Shown: positions 49,089 through 59,282, counted from the first letter of the stretch. The stretch: DNA of 64,000 nt from an uncultured Alphaproteobacteria bacterium (GCA_963740205.1 CAVUDD010000005.1:368860-432859), one strand, 5' to 3'. Numbers and translations: made by a program. The notes: a model not told the origin generated them from the letters alone.

Positions 49089-49661
49089 ATGTCTTGGTTA
49101 ATAAGATTACAAGCAGATGATTTTTTTAATGCTTATAGGGTATTGAAAGAAAGCGATGACTTAATGATAAGTAAGTTAGAAAATTTGTCTGGCAAACCAT
49201 TGGTGAGTAAAACAGCTTTTGGAGCGTTTCCTGTATCAACGCCAAGTATTGTATGTTTAGCGTTTGCGCTTGAGCTGTATATTAAAAATTTGTATGTAAT
49301 TTTGAAAACCTTAGATAGCGGTAACGAAAAAATTAAACCGCCGCGAGTGCATAATATTCTACAGCTTTTCATGAAGTTACCAGAAGAGGTGCAACAAGAA
49401 ATTAGAGATTTTTCTTCTATACAGGAAATAGTTGCTTTTTATTCAATGGAAATGTTTCCACTATACATAACTAAAGATCAAAACAAAAAACCTATTACCG
49501 ACACACTTGAACAGCAAATTTATAAAATTAGCGATGCATTTGAAAAGTGGCGGTATTCATACGAAAATGGGACACTTCAATTTGAAGAGTCTACAGCATT
49601 AGCTTTGATAGAGGCAGTTAAGTCAATTACTAGCAATGCTCAAAAACGCGCTGTAGCATAA
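49089..49661 (+). CDS. Hypothetical helical protein, possibly with a HEPN-like domain
   Basis: Its start abuts the int stop (TAAATG). ALELYIKNL...G...PRVHNILQLFMKL....ISDAFEKWRYSYE resembles the classic HEPN helix pattern. No search was run. Confidence 0.4.
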   Translation: MSWLIRLQADDFFNAYRVLKESDDLMISKLENLSGKPLVSKTAFGAFPVSTPSIVCLAFALELYIKNLYVILKTLDSGNEKIKPPRVHNILQLFMKLPEEVQQEIRDFSSIQEIVAFYSMEMFPLYITKDQNKKPITDTLEQQIYKISDAFEKWRYSYENGTLQFEESTALALIEAVKSITSNAQKRAVA

Positions 49662-49751
49662 AATATAATCTTTATGGATGATATGGTATTTATTGGTAAT
49701 TGGTAAGATATACGCCTATACTTTTCACATTATTATAATTTGGGGGTTAGA

Positions 49752-50470
49752 ATGGAAAGTGCTGATTACTGGCGTTTGTGCGACCATGTATCTCTATTTC
49801 AAGCAATCATGCTGATTTTAGGTTTTGACCCTTCTGACCAGCTTAGCTGGGATATGGAAGGGAGAAAAAACATTACCCTTCCACGTGGGTATGCTGCTTT
49901 AAAGACGGCAATATCAAACGCTGTTTTGAGTGGTCAAATTGAAGCAAAAAGTCAATCTTTGCTTGATGAGTATAATGGCGATGATTTACCCAATACAGTT
50001 GATATTGATAAGACTATTATTTCTGTAAATCATTAAAAAAATATCTTCAAGATAAAGGATTAAACGATGGCTTTTTCTTTCCAGAAGGGACTATTTTTGA
50101 AGAATATATGGATAAAGATAATCCAAACTATGCGCCTAAACTAGCCGCCGCTGTTATTGCTTGGAAAACAATTGCTAACAATCCAGAATTACAAAAAGGA
50201 AAAACGCCTAAGCAGGCACTCGAAAAGTGGTTGAGAGAAAATGCCAGTAAGTACAATCTTACGAAAGAAGATGGGACGCCAAATGAAACGGGCATACAAG
50301 AGATTAGTAAAATTGCAAACTGGAAACCAGAAGGAGGTGCGGCTAAAACTCCTACCCTTAGTACAGTTCAAAACAACTCACCTACCCCTACTAAAAAACC
50401 ATACAAACTAAGGGTTTTTGGTCAACATACAGTTACATATGATGAGTTAGAAGATGATATTCCCTTCTAA
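49752..50470 (+). pseudogene. Island-associated hypothetical protein ending in an SSB-like ..EDDIPF tail, one frameshift at the A7 run near 50034-50041
   Basis: ORF 49740..50036 and ORF 50108..50470 join in sense (...TIISVN / LKKYLQDKGLNDGFFFPEG...). The upstream extension of the second frame is open back to 50030. Confidence 0.55.
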
Positions 50471-50609
50471 AATTACGGAAGGTTTTTAGTTTTCGTAGGT
50501 CAGGTTATATATTTTATAGGGGTTAGTTTTCTTAACTCTACCATCTATTTTACACGACATGATTTAGCATAGCCTCTCCTTATAGCAAATAGCATTAAGG
50601 AGAACTAAA

Positions 50610-50803
50610 ATGCACAATCAAATCTTACCTGAAACTGGCTTCGTCCGTTTACCTCAAGTTCTGAAAGTCTTTCCTGTTAGTAAATCAACTTGGTGGCGGG
50701 CGTAAAATCTGGCATATATCCGCAACCTGTAAAACTTGGTCTTAAAATGACCGCGTGGCGTGTTGAAGATATTCGCGCTCTTATTAATGCAATGAGCGCC
50801 TAG
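50610..50803 (+). pseudogene. alpA: AlpA-family (MerR-like HTH) phage/island transcriptional regulator, one frameshift near 50697-50702
   Basis: An AAGGAGA SD precedes MHNQILPETGFVRLPQVLKVFPVSKSTWWR and a stop. The +1 frame continues GVKSGIYPQPVKLGLKMTAWRVEDIRALINAMSA*. Confidence 0.7.
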
Positions 50804-50807
50804 ATTA

Positions 50808-51338
50808 ATGGCAAAGCGTCTTTACCCTCATAGACGCGTTAAATATTGGTATGCCTATGACATAGATGATATTTGCGCTTTATTTACTGAATTTGGGCTT
50901 CAGTGCTCAAACAGTACGTAAGTGGGTCAAACTTGGTCTTAAAACGATTGACGCGGGTAAGCCAACCTTAATATATGGCCTTGATCTTATTAAATATCTG
51001 AAACTCCAAAATTCTAAGCATAAGTGTCGCACTCAATTTGACGAATGTTTTGTATGAAATGTCAGGATGCTCGACCCATATTTCAACGCAAAATAGTCGT
51101 GAAACAAAAGGAGAGCTTTTTGAACCTCTCAGGCCATTGTCGTGAATGTAAAACAGTGATGTTTAAATCTTATAAGATCGATGATTTACCTCAAATTAAA
51201 CGAACCTTTCATTTGCTTGATGTTTTGGAATTATATGATTATGAGGCCTCCCCCTTTAAGACTCACTTACAAGGTCAAGACGCCATCCCGTCAAATGAGT
51301 CATTATACGGCGCGCATTATGGGGATTTATTTGAATGA
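50808..51338 (+). pseudogene. HTH + zinc-ribbon protein, two compensating frameshifts (about 50901 and 51045-51052)
   Basis: It has three segments: MAKRLYPHRRVKYWYAYDIDDICALFTEFGL, then SAQTVRKWVKLGLKTIDAGKPTLIYGLDLIKYL...FDE in an alternative frame, then FCMKCQ...GHCRECK... back in the original frame. Its stop overlaps the next start (ATGA). Confidence 0.55.
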
Positions 51339-52360
51339 AAAAAGAAGACAATAAACACTGTCACAATGCCGTAAACGAGAGAGTTAAATATAAATATCGT
51401 AAGCATTTACAACGTATAGCGCAGAGAGATGACAAGACTATTATAGCGGTTCTTAAACACATTCGTGATTATGAGCTATTCACGAACTTTGAAGGGTTTG
51501 AAAAATATAATGGTGATGTTGCTGATAAATATATTCAAGACATGTTTAAGCGTAAATTGGGTATGTCATATATCTCAGAAAATATCCGTATAGTTAAAGA
51601 GTTTTTAAAATGGCTAGAACGTCAACGCGGGTATAGAAGCAAAATTGACTACAATCAGATCGATTACTTGAATATATCGCGTAATCAACAAAAGGCCGCT
51701 AAGGCAGTTAAATATTCAAAGTCATACAGCTTTGAACAGATCATTAATACCGTACGCTCCATGCCTGATAAGACAGATAAGGAAAGGCGTGATAAGGCAA
51801 TTATATCGTTACAGGCTCTTTGCGGTTTACGTATTTCTGAATTACGCACGGTCAAGATGGAAAGCCTTATTGATGAAAGTGGGCAATATTTTATTTATGT
51901 TAGTCCTAAGAATATGAGTGTTAAATTTGCGAAAACTCGCCATGCTAATTTTATGCCCTTACCTGAGGACATAAAACAAAATGTGATTAAATGGCATGAA
52001 TATTTGAAGTTATTAGGCTTTAAGGGTGATGACCCTTTATTCCCTGTTGTGGATAATCGCTTTACAGAAACAAATTTACTACGCCAAACAATACGAAAAG
52101 ATGAGATTAAATCGGACACAACCATCCGCAATATATTTAAAAAAGCGTTTGGGCACGCTGGATACGAATATATTAAGCCTCATTCATTCCGAAAAACTAT
52201 TGCCAGATATGCTGAATTTCAAAAACCCGCTTTTTTAAACGCCGTAAGACAAAGCCTAGGCCACAGTTCAATTGATACAACCTTGAGCAGTTACGGTCAG
52301 TTATCGGATGCGGAGGCGAGGAGAACAATTTCCAGCGGAGAATTTAAGGATACAACCTAA
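51335..52360 (+). CDS. Tyrosine site-specific recombinase (second one in the island)
   Basis: GLRISELR...HSFRKT...LGHSSIDTTLSSYG carries the R..H.R..H..Y catalytic signature. The ORF is intact. Confidence 0.8.
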   Translation: MKKEDNKHCHNAVNERVKYKYRKHLQRIAQRDDKTIIAVLKHIRDYELFTNFEGFEKYNGDVADKYIQDMFKRKLGMSYISENIRIVKEFLKWLERQRGYRSKIDYNQIDYLNISRNQQKAAKAVKYSKSYSFEQIINTVRSMPDKTDKERRDKAIISLQALCGLRISELRTVKMESLIDESGQYFIYVSPKNMSVKFAKTRHANFMPLPEDIKQNVIKWHEYLKLLGFKGDDPLFPVVDNRFTETNLLRQTIRKDEIKSDTTIRNIFKKAFGHAGYEYIKPHSFRKTIARYAEFQKPAFLNAVRQSLGHSSIDTTLSSYGQLSDAEARRTISSGEFKDTT

Positions 52361-52384
52361 AAGCCCCTTGCAGTTGCTGTTTTC

Positions 52385-54067
52385 ATGTTTCATCATGATG
52401 GCTTAATTTATAAAGGATATATCACTGTGCCAACGTTAGATTTTAAGGGAAAAAATTATGTTTATTCCCATCATTTGTCTGTCCCCTTTCGTAGCTTAGA
52501 AGTTGATGCTAAAAAGTCCAAGCCTATAAAGGGTTCAAAGCCTAATATGGATGATAACCTAATTATCCAAGGCGATAATTTGCATGCATTGAAAGCTCTA
52601 TTGCCTAAATATGCAGGTAAAATCAAATGTATCTATATTGATCCGCCTTATAACACGGGGAATGAAGGATGGTGTTATAATGATAAGGTCAACAGTCCCA
52701 CTATGCGCGAATGGCTCAAGGATAATGCCAATCCTGTAGATAAAGATGATTTAGAGCGCCACGATAAATGGCTTTGCATGATGTGGCCACGGCTGCAATT
52801 ACTGCGTGAACTTTTGAGCGATGAGGGAGTTATCTTTATCAGCATAGATGATATTGAAGTTAATAACTTAAGGCTGATGATGGATGAATTATTTGGAGAT
52901 GATAACTTTGTTGCTTCGTTTATCTGGAAGTCTAGGCAAAATAAAGACAATAGGAATAAAAGTGGTGTTTCCGTTGATCATGAATATGTTGTTTGCTTCG
53001 CAAAAAATTTGAACACAAGAAGTTTTCGGGGAGATGAAAGAAAAGAAGGTCAGTACACAAATCCCGACCACGACCCAAGGGGTAACTGGTCAAGCGCTAA
53101 TATGGTAGGACTATTACCAGAAGATCAAAGACCTAATTGCCATTATGACTTAGTAAATCCTGAAACAGGTATAAATTATGGCAAACCAAATATGGGTTGG
53201 AGATACGATCAGAATACAATGGGTAGGCTTATTCAGGAAGATAGAATTTTATGGCCCGCGAGCGAAGATGGAAGACCCAGAAGAAAACTATTTGTTACAG
53301 AATTAGAAAATGAATATACAGGTTATTCTTCTTTAATTGGGAATGATATATATACGAGAACGGGCACTAAAGAATTAAGAGAATATATAAAAATTGATGG
53401 TTTTGAATTCCCTAAGCCCCATGCGCTAATCAAAGATTTCATCGTGCAAACAACAGGGCCAGACGACCTTGTTTTAGACTCTTTCGCGGGGTCAGGAACA
53501 ACTGCCCATGCGGTGCTCGCTATAAATAAAGAAGACGGCGGGAACCGTAAATTTATTTTGGTGGAGATGGAAGATTATGCTAACGATATTACGGCTGAGC
53601 GTGTACGTCGCGTTATTGACGGAGTGCCAAATGTAAAAGATGAAGCATTAAAAAATGGCCTAGGTGGATCTTTTACCTATTGCAAATTAGGAGATGAATT
53701 TGATGTTGAAAAAATATTAAGTGGAGAAAGTCTCCCAAGTTATACCGCATTGGCAAGTTATGTTTTCTATACGGTTACAGGGCAATCGCTGAATAGCGAG
53801 GTTAAAGAAAGCAGCAATTTCTTTATTGGTGAAACCGATTTGTTTGAAGTATATCTAATTTATAAAGATGATATTTCTTATCTACGCTCGAACGGGTCTG
53901 CACTTAACCAAGAAAAACTGGATGTTATTGCTGCGCACAAGCCAAATAACAAAAAACAAAAAGTTGTTTTTGCTAGCGCCAAATATATGAGTCAGGACGC
54001 ATTAAAACCGCATAATATTGTCTTTTGCCAAATCCCCTATGCGATACATAAAATAGCAGGAAATTAG
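52385..54067 (+). CDS. mod: Type III R-M DNA methyltransferase (Mod; N6-adenine/N4-cytosine class, DPPY)
   Basis: Motif IV (IDPPYNTGNEGW) comes before motif I (DSFAGSGTTAHA). The ORF is intact. The real start may be GTG 52427 (VPTLDFKGK). Confidence 0.85.
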   Translation: MFHHDGLIYKGYITVPTLDFKGKNYVYSHHLSVPFRSLEVDAKKSKPIKGSKPNMDDNLIIQGDNLHALKALLPKYAGKIKCIYIDPPYNTGNEGWCYNDKVNSPTMREWLKDNANPVDKDDLERHDKWLCMMWPRLQLLRELLSDEGVIFISIDDIEVNNLRLMMDELFGDDNFVASFIWKSRQNKDNRNKSGVSVDHEYVVCFAKNLNTRSFRGDERKEGQYTNPDHDPRGNWSSANMVGLLPEDQRPNCHYDLVNPETGINYGKPNMGWRYDQNTMGRLIQEDRILWPASEDGRPRRKLFVTELENEYTGYSSLIGNDIYTRTGTKELREYIKIDGFEFPKPHALIKDFIVQTTGPDDLVLDSFAGSGTTAHAVLAINKEDGGNRKFILVEMEDYANDITAERVRRVIDGVPNVKDEALKNGLGGSFTYCKLGDEFDVEKILSGESLPSYTALASYVFYTVTGQSLNSEVKESSNFFIGETDLFEVYLIYKDDISYLRSNGSALNQEKLDVIAAHKPNNKKQKVVFASAKYMSQDALKPHNIVFCQIPYAIHKIAGN

Positions 54068-54069
54068 GC

Positions 54070-56657
54070 ATGTCGGTCACACAACTTAACTCGCTTGCTT
54101 TAAAAGATTATCAGCAAAAAGTTTTGGATACGCTGAGCATTTATCTTGATACACTTGAAGGAACCTATAAGCGTGAAAAAAGAAACTACGCGTTTGATTT
54201 AGAAGAAGGAATTGAAGACGCCTTGCCACCACATAAATCCCCCTATTGCGCCAATGCATGGGAGAAGGTGAAAAGTAAGGTTGCCGTTCCGATCTATAAA
54301 AATGCGAATGGCCAGAATCTACCTAATAGCTGGACGGACAGGATTGATGGCACAGGGCGTAAAATCCCTAACATCTCATTTAAAGTCCCCACAGGGGGCG
54401 GTAAGACCCTTATGGCGGCGTGTTCGTTAGGGCGTATTGCAGGAGACTATTTCAAAACGGCAAAGGGACTCGTTTTATGGGTTGTCCCTTCATCTACTAT
54501 CTATGATCAAACAATGGATGCATTGGGAAATAAAGAACACCCTTACAGAATGCAGCTGGATATTGAATTGGGCGGACGCACCAAGAATATTAGAACGAGG
54601 CGACGCATTTGAATTGGCAGATGTAGAAAGCCAGCTTTGTGTGATGGTGATCATGCTACAATCTTTCAATGTCTCCGCCCGTAGTAAGGATGCTCGTAAG
54701 GTTTTCAGTGATACTGGAAAATACAGCTCATTCTTTCCCGCAGTTGATGATTATAGCGCAAATAATGAATTGCTTTCGCGTGTTCCTAATTTAATGGAAG
54801 CAGACATGCTGGAACGTGATGTTATTCAAGGCATTACTATCAAACATTCCTTAGGTAATGTTTTTCGCTTATGTCGTCCGATCGTTATTATTGATGAAGA
54901 ACATAAAGCGCGGTCACAATCAGCCATTCAAAATATCAATGAATTTAATCCAAAATTTATTTTGGAATTTTCAGCAACGCCACGCGATAAAAGTAACACA
55001 TTGGTGGATGTTGGCGGATATGCTTTAAAACAGGAACAAATGATTAAATTGCCTATACGCGTTGATTCAAGTGATCAGCGCGATTGGAAGACAACTTTAA
55101 ACGCCGCCCATTCAAAGTTACTGTCCCTTTCTAATGATGCCGCAAAGCTAGCAGGGAATAAATGGAACATATATTCGTCCAATAATGGTGATTATTGCAC
55201 AGCCTAGGCGACAAAATGATGATTATGATCACGTTGAAGATATTAAAAAATATCTTATGGACATATGCCAAGTGCAAGAACGCCAAATTAGGATAAAGTT
55301 ATCAGAAAAGAATGAGATTAAAGATGATGATTTAATGAGTAAGGCTTGTCCTGTTCAATATATTATCACCAAAGATGCCCTGCGCGAGGGATGGGATTGT
55401 CCTTTTGCGAGCGTTTTGACCGTTTTAATTCAAGCAAGAAGTGTGGAAGCCCTAACACAGTATATTGGCCGTGTATTACGCCAACCTTACGCAACAGAAA
55501 CCCCTATTGCCTCATTGAATGAAGCATATGTGTTTTGTAGCCGTCAAAATGTTGGGGATGCGGCAAAGGCGATTAAAGATGGATTAGAGGCTGAGGGAAT
55601 GGGCGACATAACGCAAAGCGTTATTAACGAGGGCGAAGGCGGTGGCGATATACAACGTCAAAAGCAGGTTGTTAAAAGAAACAAAAAATACGAAAACAAA
55701 ATTTTCTTACCTTCTTTATCTGCTGTTAATTCAAATAAAACAATATCGCCATTTGACTATTATCGCGACATTTTGGGCGAAATAGATTGGTCACATTACA
55801 AATGCTCAAAACTTCCTATCTTAGCGGATCAAAATCGTATCGACGTTGATACACGTACAGTTGATTATAAAGATAATATTTTAGGTGAATTTGAATTCAA
55901 AGATTACGAGATTGATCTTGATGATGACTTTTTCGCCCTAGAAGTTGAGTATTCTTTGTTAACATCGCAATTAACGGAAAAGATACCAAATCCATTGTAG
56001 GCAAAACGGATTTTGGATGATGTTGTGAAGGTACTGAAAGAAAAAGGGATAAGCGAAAAAATTATTGCTCTGTCAGGGCATGACATAGTCAAACAGATTA
56101 AAGATGATGCTTGGAAGTGGTTATTAATTAAATCTGAAAAGCTCTTTATTGAAAAACCGGATCATAATCAGATTTTATTGAAATTGTTGGCCGCCCCGCA
56201 TACAGAGTTAAATTGGGAAATGGGTGATCAACGCACAATTTATAAAAATCCTGATGAAGCTGAAGCTAGTGATTGGGATAAAAATCTATTCCAACCTCAA
56301 TTTAAAAGTAACTATAACGGCTTAGAAAAGCAGGTTGCAGCTTATATTAATCAAAGTAAGGCGGTTAAATGGTGGCATAGACTTGGCGTTAAGGGGACAG
56401 AATACGCCTTACAAGGTTGGAAGCGTGATAAGATTTATCCTGATTTCCTCATATACGGAGAAAATGACAAATATTATTTTTGTGAAACCAAAGGCAATCA
56501 CCTTGAAAACCCCGATAGTGAGTATAAGCAGAAAGTCTTTGAGTGTTTAACAACCCATTCAAATAAGCAAATCGGCGAATTTAAATTACTAGCAGGCGAA
56601 AAAGAAATCTCTTTTGATCTTATTTATGAGAATGAATGGGAAAGAAAAGTTGATTGA
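54070..56657 (+). pseudogene. res: Type III restriction enzyme Res subunit (SF2 helicase + PD-(D/E)xK nuclease), with two frameshifts and one in-frame TAG
   Basis: Has Walker A (PTGGGKT), a DEEH box (IIDEEHKA), REGWDCP and C-terminal IYPDF...CETKG. Frame changes lie near 54575-54600 and 55160-55190. The TAG at 55998-56000 is in the same frame as ORF 56013..56657. Confidence 0.8.
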
Positions 56658-56695
56658 GAAAAAATTGTAATTAAGTACTTAGGCAAATATTTATT

Positions 56696-58365
56696 ATGGC
56701 TAAATTATATGAAGGAAGTACAAGAGTTTATCTAGCAAAAGATAATCCGCATAAATTTATTAAAGAATTGAAAAAATTTCCAGAGAGCATTTTATTCGTA
56801 ATATATTACGGGGGAAGCAAATGGAATGACTTTGGTTTTAATACAAATTTCAAATTTAAAATATTTTATAATTTAGAAGAAATCTATGATGATAGTATTA
56901 AGTTCTCCTTCTTAGAGGAACCTTATCGTTTATTTAGAAAATTTGATGAAATTTTTATAAATAAGCAGGCAAATATAATTGATAGTAAAGACAGTCCTAA
57001 ATTTTTCACTATGCTCAATGATATGAGAGCATATAGAAACTTTGTTGATTTTTTCACTCCCAGCGAATCTACAGCAATATTATCTGCCGCGAATGATATT
57101 ATATGTCAAAAAATTCTTTCCTTCTCAGAGAGTTGGTATGAAGAAGCCTTAAATACCAAGGTATTTAATCGGTCTTTCATCAGGTCAGGTCAGGCATATT
57201 TTACGTTTCACAATGCGCAGCATGTATTAAATGGCTCTGAGTATAAAAGTATAGAAAAGATTCAAGGCGATTTTACGGCAAATTTTAAAATAGAAGGCAC
57301 TGAAAATGACTATAGTATAGATTTTAAATTTCACGATAGTGCACTTTTGCCCAATAGAATGTCGGTTATGATTGGTAATAATGGAGCAGGAAAAAGCCGA
57401 TCTTTTCATAATATTGCTTCTTCTTTGTTAGATGATGACGAAAGATTTCGTGATAAAGATGGTGGTCGACCAAAGTTAAGTAGACTGATTTGTATTTCAT
57501 CACCATCAGAATTATCAAAAACTTTTCCTAGATACCGTTCTAGGCCCCGTCTACCTTATCTGAAAATAGCCAATGGAAGAGGCGGGAGGTTCAATCTATG
57601 GCCGTGTGAGCAAATAATTAGACTTTTACGCCTAGAAGATAAATTTATAAGAGGGGATAGGTGGAATTTATTTACAAACGCTATTTATAAAGAATTTAAT
57701 CTCAGCGAGTTAGCTCTCCCATTCAAAAAAAACGTTGAAAATGAAGAATATGATATAGGACAAAAGTATATCCTTTTTAAGGATTTAGAAAATTTTAGAG
57801 AAGAACGCGGTCTAGAAACTTACGAAAAGATAGATAAAAAATCTGACCCAGTAAGAGTTGTGAATGATAAAATATTCCCTATGAGTAGCGGAGAGGTCTC
57901 ATTTATAAACTTAATCAGCACGCTGTGTCTCCATATTGAGAATGGAAGTCTAATTTTACTTGATGAACCTGAGAACTTCACCTTCATCCTAATTTAATTA
58001 CTGCGTTGGTTTCAGTGTTAAACAATTTACTCCAAGAAACAGGATCAATATCTATAATAGCGACGCACTCTGTATATTTTGTAAGAGAAGTTACGCGTAA
58101 GCAGGTTCACATTTTTAAAAATAGTAATAATAAAATTACATTGCTAAAGCCGCGTCTGAAAACTTTAGGTGCGGGGATAGATTCAATTTCACAGTTTATT
58201 TTTGAAGATGAGATAACTAGTCGAGTAATAGAAAATATAAAAGAAAAATTGAAGAAAAATCCTAGTGAAGCAAAAGAATTATATGAAAGTATAGAGGACG
58301 AACTGCCCTCGGAAGCCAAAATCGATCTTATTTCTATTATTGATAATAAGGTGGATGAGGCTTGA
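56696..58365 (+). pseudogene. ABC-type (AAA_15/AAA_21-like) ATPase, PtuA-like, with an N-terminal extension of about 220 aa; one frameshift near 57975
   Basis: Has Walker A GNNGAGKS (57374), signature SSGE, Walker B LILLDEPE, then a frame change, then LHLHPNLI...IATHS (H-loop) in ORF 58006..58365. Confidence 0.65.
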
Positions 58366-59249
58366 AAAAATTGAATCCTACAAATTTTGATGATGCTGCT
58401 GCATTAGAAAGTATGGCTTCTAATAAAGCTCTAAAAAGTTATGGTGAGCTTAACAAAGAGAAGCAGTTAATTTTAGATGCATATCAAATTTACTTGGATA
58501 ACGAAGGAAGTGGTTTAGGTTACAATAAGCCTAATGTATCTGATAAATTAAATCAGCATATGTTAGACCATTACAACTCTTCACCGAGCATAGTGAGGAA
58601 TACTATTGATTTCATTAGAAACTCATTATCACCAGATGTGTGTCCTATGTGTGGAAATTTAGGGTCAGGAGGGCAAATTGACCATATTTTCCCTAAATCT
58701 AATTTTCAAGAATTTGCGATTTTTACTAAGAATTTGGTTCCTGCGTGTAAGTGTAATAATTTGAGGGGATCTGCTTTTATAGGTAATGGAAGAGAAAGAG
58801 TATTACACCCATATTTTGACGATATTTTACAAGAAAGGCTATTGATAGCAAAATTTCTTAACGGGCAAGGTATGTTGGCAGCAGATACCCAAGTGGCTGG
58901 TTTAAATATTATAGATCAAAATGATGAAATTATGGAGGCTGTTAACTTTCATGTAGAAAAAATTGTAAAGAAAACAGCTATATTAGATTCTATTAGAAAA
59001 ACGTATGCACAATTCTTACGTAAACCAGATGTCTTTATAATAGGTATTCTTGACAGACCAATAGACATTGATGCATTCGTCGTTCATATTGAGCAACTTA
59101 TTAATAACTCTGATGAAGAGCATGGTAGCCTTAATAATTGGAAGTCTATACTATTTGCGGGCATATTAGATGATAGGGAATTGATGATAAAACTCGTTGA
59201 ACATATTAACGGATTAATAAGTAATTCTATTGATCCAAAATCAGTATAA
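58362..59249 (+). CDS. HNH endonuclease, PtuB-like
   Basis: CPMCG..(9)..IDHIFPKS...NLVPACKCNNLRG is an HNH/zinc-finger core at residues 94-135. Its TTG start overlaps the ATPase TGA (TTGA). Confidence 0.6.
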   Translation: MKKLNPTNFDDAAALESMASNKALKSYGELNKEKQLILDAYQIYLDNEGSGLGYNKPNVSDKLNQHMLDHYNSSPSIVRNTIDFIRNSLSPDVCPMCGNLGSGGQIDHIFPKSNFQEFAIFTKNLVPACKCNNLRGSAFIGNGRERVLHPYFDDILQERLLIAKFLNGQGMLAADTQVAGLNIIDQNDEIMEAVNFHVEKIVKKTAILDSIRKTYAQFLRKPDVFIIGILDRPIDIDAFVVHIEQLINNSDEEHGSLNNWKSILFAGILDDRELMIKLVEHINGLISNSIDPKSV

Positions 59250-59260
59250 TAAATACTAGA

Positions 59261-59282
59261 GGTGGCCTTTTTGGTGGCCTTT
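59261..59282 (+). repeat. GGTGGCCTT motif pair at the right end of the island
   Basis: GGTGGCCTTTTTGGTGGCCTTT has the same doublet architecture as 47806-47826. Confidence 0.5.

Noticed and set aside
52385-54067. Phase-variable simple-sequence repeat inside the Type III mod gene.
   Set aside because: The ORF contains no tetra- or penta-nucleotide tract and no long homopolymer, only short A-runs.
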